Source: Alloascoidea hylecoeti
Lineage: Eukaryota
NCBI GenBank assembly: GCA_001600815.1
Contig: BCKZ01000001.1
Location: 1,036,613 to 1,100,612 of the forward strand
DNA: 64,000 nucleotides
Direction of reading: 5' to 3'
The translations under genes and the position numbers were made by a program. Shown here piece after piece: positions 44,259-54,688 of this stretch. The notes beneath the pieces were generated by a model, which made no database searches, had not been told where the DNA came from, and saw only the letters and a program-made list of their open reading frames with translations. The number at the start of each line of letters is the position of its first letter. The stretch's first letter is position 1.

Positions 44259-44710
44259 TGTAAAAATAGCATGAGGGTTACGTAACGCGTGAGTAATATA
44301 GATAATTATAATAGCCATCCGCCTCCATCGGATTTGAAGGCTTTGCAGTGAGTCCCAGTCTTTCCTCGTAGGGGCTGTTTCCATTTATGCCCGGAGACAT
44401 GCTGGACTGGTGCCTGGCTCGTTGCCAGCTGCCGGTTGCCAGCCGCCGGTTGCCAGCCGGGTGTGTCTCCTGTGTGGCTATATACAACATAAGACAACGT
44501 AAAGGCGCGACACTCCCCCTGTTGCCTCAGAAATGGAGAATGTAAATTGATGATATGAGGGTAACTGCTGTCTCCGTATTTAAAACAGCCCAGCCTCTTT
44601 CTTCTTCTTCCTTCTTTGTTTATTAGTCCGTCGTTACTCTCAGTCTTATTCTTACTTATACTCACTCGTTTCCTTTCTTCTTCAGCCATATTAATATTAA
44701 TACGTTAGAA

Positions 44711-45997
44711 ATGTTGTTCTCACACACCGCCATCCTTTCGGCTCTCGCCCTCTCCGGTGCCTACGCCGCCAACAGCACCTCCTCGGCCGCTGCTTCTTCT
44801 TCCACCACCTCCAGAGGTCCGGCAATCACAACCACTTATTCTGTCGCCTCAAGTTGTTCTTTCTCAACCAAAACAATCACCGCCCAATCTCAGTTGGACT
44901 CTTTGTCCGACTGTAATGCCGTTGGGGGTACCATCAAGATTTCTGGCTCCATCGGTTCCGCCTCCATCGCCGGTATCAAGCAAATCCAAGGTTCCCTTAT
45001 TGTCAGTAACGCTACTTCTTTAACCTCCTTAACTGCCGATTCTTTAGAATGGATCCAGGATGAATTCGGATTAACCGATTTGACTACTTTAAGTACTCTA
45101 TCTTTCCCAGTCTTGACAAAAGTTGGTTCTATTAATTTCGTTACTTTACCAGGTCTTAATGATTTCCAATTTACTGATGGTATTCAAGAAGCTGATAAAG
45201 TTTTGATTTCTGATACAACTGTTCAAACTTTAGATGGTATTGATGTCGTTGATGTTGAAACTTTTAATTTAAATAATAATAATTATTTAGAATCTTTTGA
45301 TTCTTCTTTACAAACTGTTTCAAACGCCTTAAGTATTACTTCAAATGGTGATGGTTTAGATGTTAGTTTAGATGATTTAGTTTGGGCTAACAACATTACA
45401 ATTTCAAAATGTTCAAATATTTCTTTTTCTAATTTACAAGCTGTTAATGGTACTATTCATATTAATAATAATTCCATTGAAACTTTAAATTTTGATAAAT
45501 TAACAAAAGTTGGTGAAACTATTTCTATTGTTGGTAATGAAGATTTAGGCGAAGTTGTTATTGATGGTGTTACTACTTTATCTGGTGATTTGGTTGTTGA
45601 AGATAATTCTGATGTTGATGAAGTTTCTTTAAGTAAATTAAAGTCTGTTTCTGGTTCTGTTGTTGTTGAAGGTAACTTTTCAAATGTTACCTTAGATGCT
45701 TTGAAATCAGTTAGAGGTTCATTAACCATCAAATCTGATGAAGATATTGACTGTTCATCATTTAACAAATTAGCTAAAGCTAGTGATATTGAAGGATCAT
45801 ATTTATGCAAAGGTGCATCATCTTCTTACTCAGCTGCTTCAGGTTCAGGATCAGTTAAAGGTGGTTCTAGTTCTAAATCTACAGGTACAGATTCTGCTTC
45901 CACAAGTAAAGGTGCTGCTGCCAATCTTGGAGCTATTGGATTTGAACATTCTACTTTGATTGGTGGAGCTATTGCTTTGTTGGTTTCATTACTATAA
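44711..45997 (+). CDS. ECM33: GPI-anchored cell-wall protein Ecm33/Pst1
   Basis: Signal peptide, receptor L-domain-like repeats (LTKVGSINFVTLP, VLISDTT, FNLNNNNYL, LVWANNITI), Ser-rich stalk and hydrophobic GPI signal. Confidence 0.93.
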   Translation: MLFSHTAILSALALSGAYAANSTSSAAASSSTTSRGPAITTTYSVASSCSFSTKTITAQSQLDSLSDCNAVGGTIKISGSIGSASIAGIKQIQGSLIVSNATSLTSLTADSLEWIQDEFGLTDLTTLSTLSFPVLTKVGSINFVTLPGLNDFQFTDGIQEADKVLISDTTVQTLDGIDVVDVETFNLNNNNYLESFDSSLQTVSNALSITSNGDGLDVSLDDLVWANNITISKCSNISFSNLQAVNGTIHINNNSIETLNFDKLTKVGETISIVGNEDLGEVVIDGVTTLSGDLVVEDNSDVDEVSLSKLKSVSGSVVVEGNFSNVTLDALKSVRGSLTIKSDEDIDCSSFNKLAKASDIEGSYLCKGASSSYSAASGSGSVKGGSSSKSTGTDSASTSKGAAANLGAIGFEHSTLIGGAIALLVSLL

Positions 45998-46957
45998 GTT
46001 CATTCGTATTCATTCATATTCATAAAATTACAAATAAAGTTTAGATTTAAAAATAATTAATAAAAGAAATTAATAATTAAAAATTTGAAGTTTGGAATTG
46101 AAATTTTATTTGTTTACATTTACATCTACATGTACGGTGTCTGGTAGTTCATCATTATTAATTAATAATATAATGGAGATAATGGAATCTTATACTAATT
46201 TGTTGCTGCTTGGCTTCAGTTAAGCTTGAGCTTGAGCTGAACCGTTTTGATTTAAACCTTTGTCTTCATCGTTTGTCTTTGTTCGTCAATTTTACACATA
46301 CATTCTAAATAATACTTCATATACTTTCATATCTTCATATCATTTACACCTTTGTTTTGTCCCTCAATTTAATATGAAAATTAGGTAATTAATATTGATT
46401 AACTTTTAAATTAAATTTTAAATTAAATTTTAAGTTTTTATAATTGTGCAAGTAAAAATGTACGCCCTTATAGTATTATTTAGGAATTCTACCCGTTTAC
46501 TACGTCTTACTAGCTGCTATTTGTTTCATCGTAATTAGTTCGACGCAATCATGCATCGATTCAGAATAATAAATGATCTTGTGGGGTGGACCCCCTAATT
46601 TGCAAAAAAAAGAAAAAGAACTAGAGCTGAGAACGGGGTGCACGTGTGCCCCACATGACCCAACCAAATTAATACAAATCTTGGGCTCGGGTTCAGTTCG
46701 CTGGTTTAAAATTTCGGATTCCGATTTGGCTTTAGATTTATCTTGTTAGAAAACGCCGTTTCTCCGAACTCATCCCATATCCCGGACGAATATATCGTTA
46801 TCGTAAGATTTTTGATGTATAAAACGTGATAATTATTATGGACTCTAGATATAAAGGGGTATCTTTTTCTCCATTTTTTGATCTCCGTCTCAATCTTGAT
46901 CTCATTCTCAATCTCATTCTCAATCTCATTCTCAATCTCATTCTCAATTACAATACA

Positions 46958-47221
46958 ATGTTAAACATCTTTAAACGTCAATTATCTACGTCTACTGCCT
47001 TACTCAGAACTGCAAAGAAGTTGAAACCAACTGCTGGCTTCACAGCTCAAGTATTCTCAAGTGAAGAAGTTTACACCGCAGCGCCTACTTCATCAGCCTC
47101 CACAAATCACCCAACAAAACATCATGAATCTGAAGTGAAGAAAAATGGTCATTTTGAACCAATTATCCATACCCATGATGCTGATTTGATCTCTACTGCC
47201 GGTCCTGCCAAGATAAACTAA
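46958..47221 (+). CDS. Small (87 aa) putative mitochondrial protein, unknown family
   Basis: ATG in ACAATG context. MLNIFKRQLSTSTALLRTAKK looks like an amphipathic presequence. Codon use is coding-like and an upstream TATA is present (~46850). Confidence 0.62.
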   Translation: MLNIFKRQLSTSTALLRTAKKLKPTAGFTAQVFSSEEVYTAAPTSSASTNHPTKHHESEVKKNGHFEPIIHTHDADLISTAGPAKIN

Positions 47222-47520
47222 GGTTTAATGACTTAATGAATGTTAAAATTGAAATTAAAATGCTAAATTGTTATTGGATTTATGTTTCTTTTACTTGTTT
47301 TATTTTATTTGCATTTGCAATTGTGTTGTTATCTTGGAGCATATATATAAAAACTTGGATGAATTGATTTTAAACGTTATATAAATATTAACATTGCATG
47401 AGTTAATATCAAATGTTATATAAATATTGAAATTTAAATGGATTAATAAAAAATGTTATGGGCTGTTGTCTTAATTGTATAAATGTAAATATCATGACTA
47501 TAAAATATGATCATGATGAA

Positions 47521-48189
47521 TTAATATAAAACATTATCAAACTTTTCATCCCCAACATAACCTCCTCTCATTGCAGTACTAACATGTCTTGCGAATAATT
47601 GTTCATTTTTTAATAAATCATTTGCTGCTTCTTTATTTAATGGATCAGTTCCATTTGGTTCTAATAATAACGATTGTAACCCAATTAAAACAGCATTTAT
47701 ATCTAAAACTGGTGTCCAATCTTCTCTTAAAATATTTAAACAAATATTTCCTTCTAAATCAATATTTGGATGATAAATTTTTGAAATACAATGAATTTTT
47801 GGTGGTTCATGTGGATATGATTCATTAATTATTATTTTAAATTTAAAATTTCCATCTTTATAAATTCCTTCATCTGGTTTAATTGATAAATTAAAATTTA
47901 AAATATTTGATGCATCAGGAAATGTCATTTTCATATTTGATCCTAATGATAGTTCACTTAAATCTTTTTGAACTCGAACTTCTGCAACTGATGATTTTTT
48001 TAATGATGATGATGATGAATTTGTTGTTAAGTTGTTATTCGTAGGCTTTGAAACTTGATTAGATCCTTGTTCTCGAAGTCTTTTAGCTTCTTCTTGAAGT
48101 TTTTTCTGTCTTATTATTTTTAACTATATAAAATAAGATCATGTTAGATATTAATATAATGATATACACAGGTGTGGAGATCATACCAT
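47521..48189 (-). CDS. UBC12: NEDD8/Rub1-conjugating enzyme; ATG-only first exon (48189-48187), intron 48186-48124
   Basis: Spliced M|LKIIRQKK.. N-terminal extension, RVQKDLSEL, HPNIDLEGNICLNILREDW and DPLNKEAA. The intron reads GTATGA..TCTAAC..TAG. Confidence 0.9.
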
Positions 48190-48310
48190 TTTTAGTCTGT
48201 GGTTGTTTAATTCCAATTTGAAATCTGGAGTGAGAGGAAAAGGGGATAACTAACCAAGTGGGTAATAACTGACTAATATATACCAACATTGATTACTAAT
48301 TATATATGTA

Positions 48311-48985
48311 TTATGGTTCTAAATTTAAATCATTTACGGAAATAACAGAAATCCCCTGGGACTCCAACATTTTTGTTTTCTCAGTTATATTTCCAATTGA
48401 ACCGTCTACCGGTTTCGTGGCTTCTTTGATGATAAACGTGTTGTAACCCAGTCGCTGGCAGTCCAGACTCGTATGGTAAACACAGTAATCAAAGGCCAAA
48501 CCAACAACGTAAACATCAGTGATGCCGTTGCTTTTCAGAACGAGGTCCAGGTCTGTTTTGTCGCAACCCCAGACGTCCTGGAAAGCGGAGTAGTACTCTC
48601 GATCGGGCAGAGTCCCTTTGTATACGATATGATCCAGCTCGTTAGGGGGAAACCCTGGGGGAAACCCTGGGGGGAACTCTACCCCCGGAGTGTTCTGGAC
48701 ACAGTGATCGGGCCACAACACGTGCTGCTGGGTAGCTGTGATGTTGGTAACTGGGTCTGTGAAGGACAGTTGTTTTGTTTGGAACGGAGCACAGTGGTCG
48801 TGGTTCGACGCAAACGAAATGTGGTTCTGTGGATGGAAATCCTTGGAGGCCACTATCAGTTGGAATTCTTCTTTAAACAGCGAGTTGATCACCGGAATCA
48901 CCGTTCTCCCGTCCGAAACTGCCAGCTTCCCGTTTGGCGGAAGAAAGTCCTCCTGAAGGTCGATTATTAAAAGTGCTGCTTTCAT
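48311..48985 (-). CDS. PNC1: Nicotinamidase/pyrazinamidase
   Basis: Start MKAALLIIDLQEDF (ATG 48985), then DFHP..HISFAS, LWPDHCVQNT, KG...REYYSAF and VGLAFDYCV. Confidence 0.95.
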   Translation of the reverse strand: MKAALLIIDLQEDFLPPNGKLAVSDGRTVIPVINSLFKEEFQLIVASKDFHPQNHISFASNHDHCAPFQTKQLSFTDPVTNITATQQHVLWPDHCVQNTPGVEFPPGFPPGFPPNELDHIVYKGTLPDREYYSAFQDVWGCDKTDLDLVLKSNGITDVYVVGLAFDYCVYHTSLDCQRLGYNTFIIKEATKPVDGSIGNITEKTKMLESQGISVISVNDLNLEP

Positions 48986-49061
48986 TCCGTTTACATATAA
49001 AGGTCCAAACTGCTCTTTTTTTCTTTTCTTTCTCTTTTCCTCCTTCTTTCTTTTCTGGAAG

Positions 49062-49491
49062 ATGCCCTCGCCACAAAACACCCCTACAACCACGGCTACA
49101 GCTACAGCTGCCAATGAGCTTAACAAGGCAAAAGCCTCTTTGCTGAAATTAGCTTTACATGTATCTAAAACTGGTGTTTGTCATGGATCCAAATATTCTA
49201 CTTTGCTTTCCCAATTCGCCGCTTATTTGGCCCAAAAACCTATAATCACTTCCATCTCAACGGATGAAACTTGTTCAAAATTATTACTATCTTTATCTAA
49301 GTTTTGGTTAAACTCAAAAAAACCTTTATCAAACCCATTTCAATTGGAAAAACAAATCTTATCTTCAATTGCTTTAATTCGTGCAAATACAATTATAAAC
49401 ACTACAATTAAATCTTATCAAACTTCTGAAATCTCTTCAGATCATGTTGATAAATTAATTTCTTTATTTAATTATTCAATTGATATTCTTT

Positions 49492-49533
<42 letters not shown>

Positions 49534-51851
49534 TTCATGATGATAAACCTTTGGATTCAACTTTTCAACATTTATCTTTATTACAACCATTGGTTATATT
49601 AACATGTTTAAGTTTTAAACAATATTCTAAATATACTTTAAAATTATTAAATATGTTATATGTTTTATGTTCAATTTATATGATTAATTCAAATTTATTA
49701 AATATTTTCATTGATTTTTTTAATGATGATGATAATAAAATTTTATGGACAAAGTTATTATCAATTGATAATATTCATAATGATAATTCAATTGATCATA
49801 AGAATGATCATAATAATGAAAATCTTAATAATAATAATAATAATGATGATGATGATGATGATGATTATTTACCTGATGGAATTTTAACTACTTTATCAAG
49901 ACTTGAAAAAATAAATTCTTCATCAATTGATAAATATTCAATTGTTGTTCCTTCAAAATCAATTTCAAAAAATTTATTATATTCTTCATCAAATTTAATT
50001 GATATAATTAATAAATTAAATGATTTAAAACAAAATCAATTATCTTCACAATTATTTGAAATTTTATATGAAATTTCTTCATGTTGTTCAAAACAAGCAG
50101 GTAGAGAAGTTTTAACTGTTGCCTTTTATCATACAAATATGTTTCCATTATTATGTAATTTATCTTCAATTGATAATGATGAAGATAACAATAATGATAA
50201 TAATAATGAATCTCCTTTATCAATTTTATCAAATAAATTAGCAAAAACAATTGGTGAAACAACTCTTTGTTTCCCTTCATTATTAAATAAAACTACTCAA
50301 CAAGTTCAATCTAACATGTGTAAAAATTTAAATATACCATATTCATTAATAACAAATGAAAATAATAATCAATTTCAATTAATTTTTGAATTAATTGATC
50401 AAAAATCATCATCATTATTAACTTTTGAAAATCCATTATTTATAAAAAGTTTAAAAATTGTTTTAATTCAATTAAATTATTTAACATTTCTTAAAAAAAA
50501 TTTAACAAATTTAATTTTAGAATTTAGTAAAAATGGTTCATCATTATCAATTTTATCATTATTTTCAAATTTACAATTTAAAATTATTTCAATTTTATTA
50601 AAAAAATATTTTATTTATAATATTAATCCTTTATGGAATGATGATGATGATGATATATTAAATGATGAATCAAAATTAAAATTAAAATCAAATATTAAAA
50701 ATTTATTTAATAGAGATATTGCACCAATTTCACCAATTAATATAATTTCACTTGCAAAATCATTTCCAATAAATAATAATAAAAATAAATTTTTAATAAT
50801 GTTCGGTATTCGTGATGATTTAATAATTTGTTTATATGAAATTTCATTTTTAATTGGTAAAATTTTAAAATTAATTATACCAATAACAAATTTAAATGAT
50901 ACTTTTAATTTAAATTCTTTCAAAAATGGTATAATGTCAATGACTTTAAATAATATAACAACAAATCATTCAATTATAAATTTAATAATTTCTTCAAATT
51001 TATGTTGTGTTGAAGGTTTAAATTTTATAAATTTAAATGAATCAATTAATAAAAAATTAACAAATGATAATTTATTATCATTAATGATTTTACTTGATAA
51101 TTTAAAAATTTTATTAATTAATCAAAATCAAAATCAAAATTTAAATAATAAAAATAAAGATAATTGGTGGAATTTCTTATTTATTTTATCAAATTTTATT
51201 GATAATAGTTTAAATTGGATTAAATTATCAAATCAAATTTTTGATTTTTTATTTGATAATGATGATAAAAAGAATGAAAATAAAGATGACGAAATTGAAG
51301 TTGAAAATGAAAATGAAATTTTTAGAAATGAATTTAGAAGTTTTTTTAAAGAAAATATTGATTTATTTAAAATTAAATTACCAAGACTTTCTGAATTACT
51401 CGAAGATTATTTTCAAAAGTTTGATGATAAAAATTCAAATCAAGAATCTTCAGATCTAACAAAAGATTCAATTGATCCAACACAAACACAAACTGTTGTA
51501 TTGAATCTTCAACCAATCATATCATTATTAAATATTAATGATTCATCAATGTCCTCATTATCATCAACTAGTATTAATACCAATAAAATTAATCATAATA
51601 CTATTAATAATCAAAGAAATAATAATAATTATCAACAATCACAATATCAGTATCAATCTCAACCACAATCTCAATCTCAATTGTATTTGAATAAATTGGC
51701 TTATAGTTCACAACAACAATTAAACAACAATAATAACAATAATAATAACAATAACAACAATAATAGTAATAATAGTAATAACAATGGAAATAATCATGGA
51801 AGTAGTATGAATCCGAATCAAATGAGGATGAACAGTAATAACAATAATACT

Positions 51852-51908
<57 letters not shown>

Positions 51909-52013
51909 AACAACAATAACAACAACAATAACAACAATAACAACAATAACTCTAAAAATATGTCAAACACAAGTAGAGCTCAGAGCATCCACGTTGATAG
52001 ATTTAGACAATAA
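49062..52013 (+). CDS. VIR1: Virilizer/VIRMA-like subunit of the m6A methyltransferase complex (Vir1/YGL036W-like)
   Basis: 983-aa Leu/Asn-rich helical ORF ending NTSRAQSIHVDRF, similar to the virilizer motif NTSRPPSMHVDDF. It is divergent from PNC1, as YGL036W is from YGL037C in S. cerevisiae. Confidence 0.72.
51720..51952 (+). repeat. Coding (AAC/AAT)n poly-Asn tracts in VIR1-like ORF
   Basis: Long trinucleotide runs directly before the conserved C-terminal motif. Confidence 0.92.
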
Positions 52014-52984
52014 ATTTATACATGACAGCATTAAAAATATAGCTATACACTTATATATTTATATAATCACATTTGCATTTTTTTTTTTTATTGGGGGAAT
52101 ATTAAGAGAATAATTATAAATATAATCATAATTTATGATGTTAACCGCTACGGTGTAAGAATGGCTATAATGGTTACAATAGAGTAGAGAATAAATGGTA
52201 TAATAGACGAGAAGATTGGCATGAAACTCGATCACGTATACCCCTCGTTTTTTGCTTCCAAACAGCTCAGAACACAAAAGCGAGGGATGACCCACACAAG
52301 CCACATCCATGGTGGATATTTTTACCACCAAGCAACTTAAATTAAGTGGAATTACTGTATGCAAATAATGAGGTTACCCTTGATGAGATGTTTTAATGTT
52401 AGAAGTTCCACTTAATTTCGATCATGTGGAGGACCAATTATTCACCTTTGAACCAAATATTGGCAATCGCAATTATTACCGATCCCTCTTTCATTAAACA
52501 CTTTCTCTATATTATAGTTATATTTATAACATGTAGTATAGCCATGTTTATAGTGTTAAAATGTTTAAATAGTGAACGTGGCAACCGATAATCATTCATC
52601 AACGTGGCAGATTTTTTTTTGCAAAATAAAAACAAGAGTAATCCATTGCAAATTTACAATAATTAATAATAAAGGATCCACATGAAATTCAGGTAAAAAA
52701 GCAATCGATATCTGAGTGGTTACTGATCTATTTTAACGTGTCATTGTCTTTTCAAATATAGGAAATTAGATCTACAGCTCGAATAGATATTAAAATTTTA
52801 AAAGTTAACTTCTTATCTACTTTATAAAATGGTATAATCTTCAATCTAGGTGATATTCTAATTCGCCCCTCTTGTAAGCTTATAGGTGTTACTCTAAGTC
52901 ACCTCCTATAGCTAGGTTAATTCATTTAAATCTATAACAAATATGAATACATATCATAGCTAAGAAATTCAAACATATGCATGA

Positions 52985-54042
52985 TTACTTAGTTTTTTCT
53001 TTTAACCTCTTTTGTTCTTCCGAAGATCTTGTTATAACTTCAGGAATAATTCCCACTCTCCATGTGAACTCGTATACATCTTCTTTATCTAAAAGTAAAA
53101 TCCTCAGATACTCCAAATATACAACATAGTAGTATACACTATTATAGTATAGTTAAGTTAGCAACTTTAAATTAAGCCGGTATAATTATCCCAATTGATT
53201 ATAAAACTTACCCAGTCCCAGTAAATAAATGCCACCAGGCATGTCCTTCTAAAACAAACCCATATGGAATGCCCCAACGGTGCTTAGTTAAAGTTAATAT
53301 ACTGCAAGCATGAATATCTATTAACCATAAGAAATATCCCGTAATAAACGAAATACTTCCCATAAGCATTGCTTTGTTCATCGCATGTCGTGTCTTTAAA
53401 TCCGTCACCTTTGTATTGGTTAGCTTGTAAGATCGAACAACAATCAAAAGGTTTAAGACTGCATAACCGATTTGATGTAGAGTTGGATCTCTCAATATTA
53501 AATACCAGCCTGTGAATCCTAAAGCACCCACGATTGTAAAAATAGCTAGTTTCACCGATTGTGCCTTCGTGCTATCTTGAGAAAAGAGAGACCAAAATGG
53601 TATACATGTAGCATAAATCATTGGGAGCTCATCTAGCAATTGGTACTTGTATAATAAAGTCATATGGAACATCCAAGATCCGAAACCAACCAGTGCAAAC
53701 CCAGCACCAATGAGTATAAATCGTTTCTCTAATTTATTAACGTAGGCTCCATACATTGCGTAAGCCGCTAGTACGATAAAAATTGAGTTCGTCACTGTAT
53801 TCAAAGCTTCGGCTATATAATGAGAAACCACATAATTTTCTTCACACCAGTCGATCGTTGAGGTACTATAATAAATAATTAAGTTAGTTATACATTTAAC
53901 GAGACCTAGATTGAAGTAAACACACCAATTGACTGGATATGTAGTGTAAATGCAGTTAAACTATATTATAATTGATGACTTACCTGATTCCCCAGTAACC
54001 TTCGGTTGAGGGAGGTGGATAAGCTCTGGCACCCGGTAACAT
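52985..54042 (-). CDS. YPC1: Alkaline ceramidase, 3 exons (54042-53984, 53865-53212, 53138-52985)
   Basis: Spliced GYWG..TSTIDWCEENY, FHMTL.Y..QLLDELPM, LEGHAWWHLFTGTGVY and a C-terminal KEKTK ER-retention signal. Both introns have GTAAGT donors and TAG acceptors. Confidence 0.92.
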
Positions 54043-54688
54043 TTTTAGAAAAGTTAAAAAAAAACTAAAAAGAATCACAAGAAAGATGTAATTATAAATA
54101 AAAAGAAAGAGAAAGAAAGAAGATAATCTGAGGAATAATCATGATGGATAGACCGGCAGTATACCGTAAGTTTGAGTACATATATCTCGGGAATAGATTT
54201 TTGATATAAATTATTTTCGTTTCATTCAAGGCTATGGTTTTCTATTTTTGGTCTTTTTTAGATTACTTACATAGTTAACCTCCTTCCTGTGGCAAAAAAA
54301 TTAAATTAAGTACTAAAAGAGACTCAAAAAATGATCAAGAGGCTTTAAAATGCCGAGGAACGTGAAAAAGAAGGATTGAAGAGCATGTCATGATTTTATT
54401 CTAGAATTTATGATTATTATAACAAATTTATAACTTCACAATGCATTGAAATAATGTTTTTTTAAATTTATGGTGTGTATCGATATCTTTAAGTCCTATA
54501 TCGATCAGATTTTATACAATTGCAATTGGGTAGGCTGTGCTTTATTGTCATTCGGTATATAAATATTAGTAACTATGGAAAAAAATATTGAATACTATAT
54601 AGAAATATTTAAAGGTTGTAAACATTTATATAATGAATCAAGAGCTGAAACGTATTAGAAAAAATCCTCAAATGTCAACAGATAATAT

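Noticed and set aside
44067..44689. Minus-strand ORFs of 105, 70 and 127 aa
   Set aside because: They lie in the GC-rich ECM33 promoter, which includes GCCGGTTGCCA repeats, and show no coding signature.
48311..48985. Horizontal transfer of PNC1 suggested by high GC
   Set aside because: The protein is fungal-type (REYYSAF), is syntenic with VIR1, and the GC patch extends beyond the gene.
48986..49126. N-terminal extension of PNC1 in the ORF track (likewise the non-ATG starts at 2708, 42993, 46826 and 61391, and the upstream ATG at 12538)
   Set aside because: Alternative-start artefacts; family homology or signal peptides begin at downstream ATGs.
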